Positions 56,716 through 64,000 of a stretch of 64,000 nucleotides of DNA are shown one piece after another. Source of the DNA: Gammaproteobacteria bacterium 54_18_T64 (GTDB taxonomy: Bacteria > Pseudomonadota > Gammaproteobacteria > Pseudomonadales > Porticoccaceae); NCBI GenBank assembly GCA_002162825.1, contig MAAU01000011.1:27573-91572 (forward strand), given 5' to 3'. Below the pieces are notes generated by a model, which saw only the letters and a list, made by a program, of their open reading frames with translations, was not told the origin of the DNA and did not search any database. Made by a program: the position numbers and the translations under genes. Position 1 is the first letter of the stretch; every line of letters begins with the position of its first letter.

Positions 56716-57579
56716 CTACTTAGTAGCGTCGATTTGTGCAGCCACTTCAGCGGCAAAGTCGACTTCTTCAACTTCTATACCTTCACCCACTTCATAGCGA
56801 GTGAAACCCTTAATACTGGCTCCGGCATCGGCCAACATTTTGCCCACCTTAATATCGGGGTCGCGCACGAAAGGTTGCTCAACCAGACTGCTCTCGGCGA
56901 GGAACTTCTTCAAACGGCCAACAACCATCTTCTCGGCAATCTCGGGGGGCTTGCCACTCTCAATGGCCTGGGAAACATAAATTTCTTTTTCCTTGGCAAC
57001 CACATCGGCGGGCATTTCTTCAGGCGTAGCAACCTGGGGGTTAACAGCGGCAACATGCATGGCCACGTCTTTGGCAAGCTCTGTAGTGCCGCCCTCAAGC
57101 GTAACCAGCACACCAATGCGACTGTTACTATGTACATAGGCTCCGACTACGGGAGCTTCGGCCAATTGTACGCGGCGCACATTGACATTTTCGCCACATT
57201 TTTGCACCAGCGCCTGGCGCGCATCTTCCATAGCCGCGGAGAGAGCCTCAATATTATCCTGTTTGTCGGCGAAAGCCTTGTCGACAACGGCACCAACGAA
57301 GGCCTTAAAGCCTTCATCCTTAGTGACGAAATCAGTTTCCGAGTTGACTTCTACCAAAACCGCGTAGGAGGCATCATCGGCAACCTTTACTGCGACAACA
57401 CCGTCAGCAGCCGTGCGGCCGGCTTTTTTGGCCGCCTTCATGCCGCTGGATTTACGTAAATTTTCAATCGCCGTGTCGATATTACCATCGGCCGCAGCTA
57501 GAGCCTTTTTGCACTCCATCATGCCGAGACCAGTGCGTTCACGTAATTCTTTAACCTGGGAAGCAGAAATCGCTGCCAT
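56716..57579 (-). CDS. tsf: translation elongation factor Ts
   Basis: 287 aa from the ATG at 57579, with GAGGA SD upstream. Starts [27 protein letters not shown]. Confidence 0.97.
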   Translation of the reverse strand: MAAISASQVKELRERTGLGMMECKKALAAADGNIDTAIENLRKSSGMKAAKKAGRTAADGVVAVKVADDASYAVLVEVNSETDFVTKDEGFKAFVGAVVDKAFADKQDNIEALSAAMEDARQALVQKCGENVNVRRVQLAEAPVVGAYVHSNSRIGVLVTLEGGTTELAKDVAMHVAAVNPQVATPEEMPADVVAKEKEIYVSQAIESGKPPEIAEKMVVGRLKKFLAESSLVEQPFVRDPDIKVGKMLADAGASIKGFTRYEVGEGIEVEEVDFAAEVAAQIDATK

Positions 57580-57630
57580 GGGAAATCCTCTCAATAAATT
57601 CGGTTTACATCGATATCAAATCGACAAAAA

Positions 57631-57665
57631 TACAGTTAATAAAAAGGAGGCCACGCCCCCTTTTT
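57631..57665 (-). terminator. hairpin plus U-tract between rpsB and tsf (possible attenuator)
   Basis: The minus strand reads GGGGG-CGTGG-CCTCC (one G.U pair) followed by TTTTTATT. Confidence 0.4.
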
Positions 57666-57709
57666 ATTAACGACTGATCGGCCGCTCGTTGCGAGCCGAC
57701 CCCTAAGGC

Positions 57710-58528
57710 TTAAGCCTCAGCGCTTGGCGCAGGCTCAGCGGCCTCTTCAGCTGCTGGCGCAGCGGCTTCAGTTTCGTCTGCAACAGCGGCATCGGCCTGA
57801 GCTTCTGTAACCTCGACAAACTCATCCTTCTCGGAGGAAACAGCACCACCAGCCTTGCCTTCCAGCACGGCATCGGCCATCGCCATTACATAGAGCTTGA
57901 CCGCACGAATAGCATCATCATTGGCAGGAATGACCACATCGACACCATCGGGGTTACTGTTGGTATCGACAATACCGATGACGGGAATACCCAGCTTATT
58001 GGCTTCCTGTACGGCGATACGCTCGTGGTCGACATCAATCACAAACAAGGCATCGGGCAGGCCGCCCATATCTTTAATACCACCAATGGAGCGCTCGAGT
58101 TTCTCCTTCAAACGCAAACGCATCAAACCTTCTTTCTTGGTCAGCTTTTCGAAGGTGCCATCGGTACTCTGTGCTTCCAGATCACGGTAGCGCTTAATGG
58201 AAGCACGAATGGTTTTGTAGTTGGTCAGCATGCCGCCCAACCAGCGGTGGCAAACATAGGGCATGCCCGCACGTTCCGCTTCTTCTTTAATAGCCTTTTG
58301 TGCCGCACGCTTGGTGCCGACGAATAAGACCTTATTGCCACTGGCACTGAGCTGGCGTACCTGCTCGAGGGCATCGTTAAATGCCGGCACGGTGTGCTCT
58401 AAGTTGATGACGTGAATTTTATTTCGGGCACCGAAAATGTATTGACTCATTTTCGGGTTCCAGTAACGAGTTTGGTGGCCAAAATGGACCCCCGCCTGGA
58501 GCATGTCGCGCATACTAACTACTGTCAT
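57710..58528 (-). CDS. rpsB: 30S ribosomal protein S2
   Basis: 272 aa. Starts [22 protein letters not shown] and has an acidic Ala/Glu-rich C-terminal tail. Confidence 0.97.
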   Translation of the reverse strand: MTVVSMRDMLQAGVHFGHQTRYWNPKMSQYIFGARNKIHVINLEHTVPAFNDALEQVRQLSASGNKVLFVGTKRAAQKAIKEEAERAGMPYVCHRWLGGMLTNYKTIRASIKRYRDLEAQSTDGTFEKLTKKEGLMRLRLKEKLERSIGGIKDMGGLPDALFVIDVDHERIAVQEANKLGIPVIGIVDTNSNPDGVDVVIPANDDAIRAVKLYVMAMADAVLEGKAGGAVSSEKDEFVEVTEAQADAAVADETEAAAPAAEEAAEPAPSAEA

Positions 58529-58661
58529 AATTCAAGTTTCCTGTTGGGTTAAGCCTCCACCCCCCCATTGTCTAACCTGCGTTGCGAACAAGCAGGCACC
58601 CAAGCCAATGTGTCGGTAAGTGTGAGTCGTTAAAGTAAACCCCGATGGCCTTTCCATCGGG
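58529..58661 (-). promoter_or_regulatory. rpsB 5' leader (probable S2 autoregulatory leader)
   Basis: About 130 nt between the predicted promoter and the rpsB ATG. It begins with a 9-bp-stem hairpin CCCCGATGG-N5-CCATCGGGG. The assignment rests on analogy with gammaproteobacterial rpsB leaders. Confidence 0.4.
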
Positions 58662-58666
58662 GCGCG

Positions 58667-58677
58667 CTTTATACCAC
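58667..58677 (-). promoter_or_regulatory. extended -10 promoter element TGTGGTATAAA upstream of rpsB
   Basis: The exact string is on the minus strand. I recall this as the conserved extended -10 of gammaproteobacterial rpsB promoters (recollection, not verified here). Confidence 0.5.
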
Positions 58678-58834
58678 AATTGACAGGGCATTAGAAGAAC
58701 TCCAGGCAATCGGAGACACTAAAAGAGCGGCCCGGCGCGGCAGCTAAAAATTAATGACCGACGATAAGGCAATCCCCATAGAAAGGGCTAAAATTGGGTA
58801 CAATGGAGCCCCGCAACTGCCCACGACCGAGCTC

Positions 58835-59605
58835 ATGTCCGTTAGCATCAAAACACCCGAAGAAATCGAAAAAATGCGCATTGCCGGCAAGCTCGCCGCC
58901 GACGTCCTCGAAATGATCGCGCCCCACGTGCAAGCCGGTATCAGCACCGAGGAACTCGACCAAATCTGCCATGATTTTATGGTCGACGTGCAGCAAGCCA
59001 TCCCCGCCTGCCTCAATTACCGCGGCTTTCCCAAGTCGATCTGCACCTCGGTCAATCACGTGATATGCCACGGCATCCCGGCCAGCAAAAAAATCCTCAA
59101 GAATGGCGACATCGTCAATCTCGACATTACCGTCATCAAGGACGGTTACTTCGGCGACACCAGCAAGATGTTCTGTATTGGTAAAACTGCCGGCCACGCC
59201 GAGCGACTCGTCAAGATCGCCCAGGAATGCCTCTATTTGGGCATAGAACAGGTCAAGCCCGGCAATCGCCTCGGCGATATTGGTCATGTCGTACAGAAAC
59301 ACGCCGAGGCCAACTACTATTCGGTGGTGCGCGAGTATTGCGGCCACGGCATCGGCGACGAATTTCACCAGGACCCTCAGGTTCTACACTATGGTAAACC
59401 CGGCACAGGCCTGGTGCTTGAAGAAGGCATGACCTTCACCATCGAACCCATGGTCAATGCCGGCAAGCAGCACACCAAACTCAAGAACGATGGCTGGACA
59501 GTGGAAACTCGAGACGGTCGCCTTTCCGCCCAGTGGGAGCACACCTTACTAGTCACCGCCAGCGGCGTCGAAGTACTCACAGCCCGCCCCGACGAAGCCT
59601 TCTAA
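58835..59605 (+). CDS. map: type I methionine aminopeptidase
   Basis: 256 aa from the ATG at 58835 (MSVSIKTPEEIEKMRIAGKLAA). MetAP metal-ligand contexts are present (VNLDITVIKDGYFGDTS, CGHGIG, FTIEP, QWEHT). Confidence 0.95.
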   Translation: MSVSIKTPEEIEKMRIAGKLAADVLEMIAPHVQAGISTEELDQICHDFMVDVQQAIPACLNYRGFPKSICTSVNHVICHGIPASKKILKNGDIVNLDITVIKDGYFGDTSKMFCIGKTAGHAERLVKIAQECLYLGIEQVKPGNRLGDIGHVVQKHAEANYYSVVREYCGHGIGDEFHQDPQVLHYGKPGTGLVLEEGMTFTIEPMVNAGKQHTKLKNDGWTVETRDGRLSAQWEHTLLVTASGVEVLTARPDEAF

Positions 59606-59664
59606 GGCATCGCCACTGCAGGTAAACACCCCCACCCGTCCGTCGACATGCAAGCATAGAGCTC

Positions 59665-62388
59665 ATGAATCCAAGCACCGAAGCCCTGCCCACACCACTT
59701 TTTTTTGACGAGAAACGCTTTCTCGCCAACCTTGACAAGGGCGATGCACAAACCGTCTTTCGGGATGCCATTCGCGGTGCCGACACTTTCCTCAACAACC
59801 GCTTTGAACAGGGTGAGGACACCGAAACTCTGGTGCATGAACGCGCCGCCTTTATCGACAGCATCCTATTGTGCGCCTGGCGTCGCTTTCGCTGGGACGA
59901 AAATATCAGCCTCCTGGCTGTGGGTGGCTACGGACGCGGTGAACTCCACCCCCACTCCGACATCGACCTCCTGCTTTTAACCCAACACCAAGATCACACA
60001 CCCTACAAAGCCAGCATTGAGAGCTTCCTCACCTTCCTCTGGGACATACAACTCAATATTGGCCACAGCGTGCGCGCCCTGAGCCATTGTGTTGACGAGG
60101 CAAGGGCCGATATCACCGTCGCCACCAATTTAATGGAGGCGCGCACCCTTGCCGGCAACACCGAGTTGCGCCGCAACATGGAAGAGCAAACTGGCCCCGC
60201 CAACATCTGGCCTGCGGAGGCTTTTTTTCGCGCCAAATACGATGAGCAAAACCAGCGACACGAAAAGCACGGCAATACCGAGTACAACCTCGAGCCGAAT
60301 ATCAAGGAGGCCCCCGGCGGCCTGCGCGACATCCAAACCATCGGCTGGGTGGCAAAGCGACACTTTAATAAACGCTCTCTCGCCGAGCTGGCCAACAGTC
60401 ATTTTCTCGCCGGCGAAGAATACGAATTACTCCGCAAGGGTCAGGCCTTTTTATGGCGAGTACGCTACGGCCTACACCTGATTGCCGGGCGCGCCGAGGA
60501 GCGCTTACTGTTCGACGCACAGCGCAAATTGGCACAAATGTTTGGCTATCGCGACACCAAGGAAAGACTCGCCGTCGAACAATTTATGCAGCGCTACTAC
60601 CGAGTGGTGCTGGTGATGCGCGAACAAAATGACATGCTCCTGCAATACATGGACGAGGTCATAAATAAGAATCACAGAAAAAATATCTTGCGTACCATCA
60701 ACGAACGTTTTCAGGTACGCGATAACTTCATCGAGGCCATCGATGGCAAGGTCTTTAGCCACACCCCCTCCGCCCTGCTCGAAATCTTCGTCTTACTCGG
60801 CGAGGACTCCTCCATCCAGGGCGTGCGCTCGACCACGATTCGACAAATTCGCCAATACCGTCATCACATTGACCAGGACTTTCGCAACGACCCGAAAAAT
60901 CGCGAACTGTTTATGCGCCTGTTCCGCTGTAATGGGCGCCTAACCACCCAACTACAACGCATGACACGCTACGGTATTCTCGGTAAATACCTGCCCGAAT
61001 TTGATCGCATTACCGGTCTGATGCAACACGACCTGTTCCATATATACCCGGTCGACGCTCACACCATTCAGCTGATTCGCAATATCCGCCGGCTCGGCAA
61101 TGCCGCCGAAGAAGAAAAATTTCCCGTCGCCTCCCACGTGCTGAAAAACCTGCCCAAACCCGAGCTATTACTGATTGCCGGTCTCTACCACGATATCGCC
61201 AAGGGTCGCGGCGGCGACCATTCAAAACTAGGGGCGGTGGATGCCACCAACTTCGCCCGACGCCACGGCTTTTCCGAGCCGGAGACCCAGTTAGTCAGCT
61301 GGCTGGTAGAGAGCCACTTGCTGATGTCGAGCATTTCTCAACGCGAGGATATTTCCGACCCCGATGTAATCCACAAATTCGCCCTATTGGTCGGCGATCA
61401 AATACACCTGGACCATCTGTTGACACTGACTGTCGCCGATATGAATGCCACTAACCCGACCCTGTGGAATAACTGGAAGGGTTCACTCATTCGCCAGCTG
61501 TACTTCCAAACCCGCGATGCTCTGAGGCGCGGTTTGGAAAACCCCATTAACAAGCAAAAGTGGATTGACAACGCCCGCAACGAAACTCTAGCACTATTGG
61601 AAAAAGAAGGTATTACCCGGGAGCAGAGCACCGCGCTGTGGAGCGATATGGACAGCGAGCTCTTTTTACGCGAGAGCGCCAGTGTCATTACGCGGGGGGT
61701 GAAGGCCGTACTGGCCGCCGAAGACCCCAGCGTGCCGGTGATTTTGATCGAAGATGCGGGCATGGAAGACGACAGCGTTACGCGTATATTTATCCACACC
61801 AAGAATCTCGCCAACGTCTTTCCCATTACCGCCGCCACCCTCGATACACTGCGCCTCGACATCCACGATGCCAGGCTCTACACCGGCAATGAAAATCACA
61901 CCTACGATATTTTTTATGTGCTCGACGACCAGGGCCAGCCCTTCGCCAACCGCCCCGATATGGCGACCAGGGTCAAGCGCAAGCTAAAAAAAGCCCTATT
62001 GGACAATGACAGTCGCAACATTGAGGTCAACCGCCGTACACCGCGCCAATTAAAACAACTGACCATCGGCACCTCTGCCAGAATCGACCATAGCCACGAC
62101 TCCCGCACCACCTATCTTGAAGTCATAACCCCCGACCGCCCCGGCCTGCTCGCGCAACTCGGACAAATATTTATGCGTTTCAAGATACATCTGCACAGCG
62201 CTAAAATTGCCACGCTGGGCGAACGCGTCGAGGATATTTTTTACCTCACCGACGAACAGGACCAGCCCCTCAACGACCTGGATTTATGTCGCGACATCGA
62301 GCAAACCATTTGTCGAGAATTAAACACCCGCAATCTCGAAAACAAAACCGCGGGCAGTGCTGTAGAGTTACTGCATAAACGCGAATAA
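59665..62388 (+). CDS. glnD: bifunctional [protein-PII] uridylyltransferase / uridylyl-removing enzyme
   Basis: 907 aa. Nucleotidyltransferase motif GGYGRGELHPHSDIDLL, HD domain (LYHDIAKG), and two C-terminal ACT-like segments. Confidence 0.95.
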   Translation: MNPSTEALPTPLFFDEKRFLANLDKGDAQTVFRDAIRGADTFLNNRFEQGEDTETLVHERAAFIDSILLCAWRRFRWDENISLLAVGGYGRGELHPHSDIDLLLLTQHQDHTPYKASIESFLTFLWDIQLNIGHSVRALSHCVDEARADITVATNLMEARTLAGNTELRRNMEEQTGPANIWPAEAFFRAKYDEQNQRHEKHGNTEYNLEPNIKEAPGGLRDIQTIGWVAKRHFNKRSLAELANSHFLAGEEYELLRKGQAFLWRVRYGLHLIAGRAEERLLFDAQRKLAQMFGYRDTKERLAVEQFMQRYYRVVLVMREQNDMLLQYMDEVINKNHRKNILRTINERFQVRDNFIEAIDGKVFSHTPSALLEIFVLLGEDSSIQGVRSTTIRQIRQYRHHIDQDFRNDPKNRELFMRLFRCNGRLTTQLQRMTRYGILGKYLPEFDRITGLMQHDLFHIYPVDAHTIQLIRNIRRLGNAAEEEKFPVASHVLKNLPKPELLLIAGLYHDIAKGRGGDHSKLGAVDATNFARRHGFSEPETQLVSWLVESHLLMSSISQREDISDPDVIHKFALLVGDQIHLDHLLTLTVADMNATNPTLWNNWKGSLIRQLYFQTRDALRRGLENPINKQKWIDNARNETLALLEKEGITREQSTALWSDMDSELFLRESASVITRGVKAVLAAEDPSVPVILIEDAGMEDDSVTRIFIHTKNLANVFPITAATLDTLRLDIHDARLYTGNENHTYDIFYVLDDQGQPFANRPDMATRVKRKLKKALLDNDSRNIEVNRRTPRQLKQLTIGTSARIDHSHDSRTTYLEVITPDRPGLLAQLGQIFMRFKIHLHSAKIATLGERVEDIFYLTDEQDQPLNDLDLCRDIEQTICRELNTRNLENKTAGSAVELLHKRE

Positions 62389-62474
62389 AAAGACCCTCAA
62401 TCACCGACCTGTCTACCCCCCTCCCCACCAGCCAAACCCCACCCCAATAGCGGATGGACAGCAATGAGAGCCCC

Positions 62475-63686
62475 ATGAATCCCGACCTACAAGCCCTGCA
62501 GCCCTATCCCTTTGAAAAACTGAAAACCCTACTTGCTAATGTAGACGCATCCAGTGCCAATACTGCGATCAGCCTTTCCGTGGGCGAGCCCAAGCATGCC
62601 CCACCGCAACTGGTTATCGACACCCTGATTGCCCACCTCAATGGCGTAGAACAAAGCAGCGGTCTGAATGCCTACCCCGGCACGAAAGGCATCCCTGAAC
62701 TGCGACAGGGCATTGCCGAATGGCTGGCCCGGCGCTTTCAATTGCCGGCCATGCCCGACCCCGAGCAACATATCTTGCCCGTCAACGGCACCCGCGAGGC
62801 CCTGTTTGCCTTTGCCCAGGCGGTGATCGACCCCAGTAAAAAGCCCACGGTGGTAATGCCCAATCCCTTCTACCAAATTTATGAGGGCGCCGCCCTACTC
62901 GCCGGTGCCGAGCCGGTTTTTCTCAACTGCAACCAGGACAATGGCTTCGCTCCCGACTTTTCGAGCCTTAGCGCGACCGACTGGCAGCGCTGCCAACTGG
63001 TCTATCTTTGCACCCCGGGCAACCCCACCGGCTCGGTACTAAGCCTCGACACCTTAAAAGAACTCATCGCCCTGGCCGACCGCTACGACTTTGTGATTGC
63101 CAGCGACGAGTGTTATTCAGAGATTTACAGCGACGAAGAGCGGCCACCACCCGGCCTGCTACAGGCCTGCGCCGAACTGGGCCGCGATGACTTCAAGCGC
63201 TGTATGGTCTTCCACAGCCTCTCCAAGCGCTCTAACCTGCCCGGCCTGCGCTCAGGTTTTGTCGCCGGTGACGCCGACATCATTCAAAAATTCTTGCTCT
63301 ATCGCACCTACCACGGCTGCGCCATGCCGCTGCAACACCAGTGGGCCAGCGTCGCGGCCTGGGGCGACGAAAGCCACGTGCTCGACAATCGCCGCCAATA
63401 CCGGGAAAAATTTAGCGCCGTGAGTAAAATCCTCCAACCGGTGATGGAATTTACTCAACCCGATGCCGGCTTCTATCTGTGGCCGCAAACGCCCATTGCC
63501 GATGACATCTTTACCCGCGAGCTGCTCACCACACAGAATGTCGCCGTGGTACCGGGCAGTTATCTGGCCCGCGATACCGCAATGGGCAATCCCGGTGAAC
63601 GGCGCATTCGCATGGCGCTGGTGGCACCACTGGCCCAGTGCGAAGAGGCCGCACAGCGCATCAAATACTTTATAGAGAGCCTGTAA
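62475..63686 (+). CDS. dapC: succinyldiaminopimelate transaminase (class I aminotransferase)
   Basis: 403 aa from the ATG at 62475. PLP-lysine context SLSKRSNLPGLRSG. map-glnD-dapC order as in Pseudomonas. Confidence 0.85.
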   Translation: MNPDLQALQPYPFEKLKTLLANVDASSANTAISLSVGEPKHAPPQLVIDTLIAHLNGVEQSSGLNAYPGTKGIPELRQGIAEWLARRFQLPAMPDPEQHILPVNGTREALFAFAQAVIDPSKKPTVVMPNPFYQIYEGAALLAGAEPVFLNCNQDNGFAPDFSSLSATDWQRCQLVYLCTPGNPTGSVLSLDTLKELIALADRYDFVIASDECYSEIYSDEERPPPGLLQACAELGRDDFKRCMVFHSLSKRSNLPGLRSGFVAGDADIIQKFLLYRTYHGCAMPLQHQWASVAAWGDESHVLDNRRQYREKFSAVSKILQPVMEFTQPDAGFYLWPQTPIADDIFTRELLTTQNVAVVPGSYLARDTAMGNPGERRIRMALVAPLAQCEEAAQRIKYFIESL

Positions 63687-64000
63687 ATGCTCAAGCAAGA
63701 ACGGGTGGCCTATATTCTCGAGACCCTGGCGCGGCACTACCCCACCCAACCCATCCCCCTCGACCACAGTAATAATTACACCCTACTGGTTGCGGTGCTG
63801 CTCTCGGCTCAATGTACCGATGCCCGGGTTAATACCGTCACCCCGGCACTCTTTGCCCTGGCCAATAATGCCGGCGCTATGTGCCACGTGCCGGTCGAAA
63901 CCATTCTCGGTATTATTCGCCCCTGTGGCCTTTCACCCCGTAAATCGAGGGCCATTGCCGGACTTTCCCAAATTCTAGTCGCTGACTACGACGGCGAAGT
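63687..64000 (+). CDS. endonuclease III-family (HhH-GPD) protein, N-terminal part; the ORF runs off the right edge
   Basis: The ATG at 63687 directly follows the dapC stop codon. 104 open codons (MLKQERVAYILETLARHYP...LLVAVLLSAQCTDARVN...), resembling the Nth N-terminus. Confidence 0.75.
   Translation, partial: MLKQERVAYILETLARHYPTQPIPLDHSNNYTLLVAVLLSAQCTDARVNTVTPALFALANNAGAMCHVPVETILGIIRPCGLSPRKSRAIAGLSQILVADYDGE

Noticed and set aside
56734-57459. 241-aa plus-strand ORF antisense to tsf
   Set aside because: It is a mirror-frame ORF of a highly expressed gene with biased codon usage. There is no homology-like motif.
58751-59368. 205-aa minus-strand ORF antisense to map
   Set aside because: It is a shadow ORF. 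The map frame carries all the MetAP motifs.
63252-63767. 171-aa minus-strand ORF antisense to dapC
   Set aside because: It is a shadow ORF. The dapC frame carries the PLP-lysine motif.

Overview
64-kb chromosomal window from a moderately GC-rich gammaproteobacterium. Gene order is Pseudomonas-like or marine-gammaproteobacterium-like; the taxon cannot be fixed from sequence alone and GC was not computed. I support about 62 protein genes and one tRNA, most on the minus strand. Three textbook housekeeping synteny blocks are present. (1) dnaQ-rnhA-yafS-like methyltransferase, divergent from gloB-mltD, at 0.5-5 kb. (2) ppiD-hupB-lon-clpX-clpP-tig-tRNA-Leu at 5-13.6 kb. (3) rnhB-lpxB-lpxA-fabZ-lpxD-skp-bamA-rseP-dxr-cdsA-uppS-frr-pyrH-tsf-rpsB, divergent from map-glnD-dapC and a partial endonuclease III-like gene, at 43.7-64 kb. 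Between blocks 2 and 3 lies about 30 kb of accessory or less conserved genes. These are a PMI-like cupin protein, a small lipoprotein, a membrane protein/AI-2E transporter/methyltransferase operon, a CusCBA-type Cu/Ag RND pump, an arsR-GAPDH-arsJ arsenate module, an orphan metzincin-RTX-Calx-beta protein, a VIT1/CCC1 transporter, a Baeyer-Villiger monooxygenase, DUF2237, YtoQ, the complete ccmABCDEFGHI operon, and a radical-SAM ArsS plus two-transferase trio. I see no IS element, integrase, prophage, CRISPR array, toxin-antitoxin pair or recognisable defence system. I cannot honestly claim a wholly new multi-gene system. The least-explained items are listed here. (a) The arsS/TIGR04283/TIGR04282 trio sits where dnaE normally follows rnhB. 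(b) The metzincin-RTX-Calx-beta protein has no secretion partner. (c) A perfect 16-bp x6 tandem array supplies the last sense codon and the stop codon of dxr. (d) Several short repeat and palindrome structures lie in the cus/ars control region. (e) An unassigned AT-richer 550 bp at the left edge carries a near-consensus promoter aimed at a 21-codon hydrophobic ORF. All family calls come from motif recognition by eye; no searches were run.
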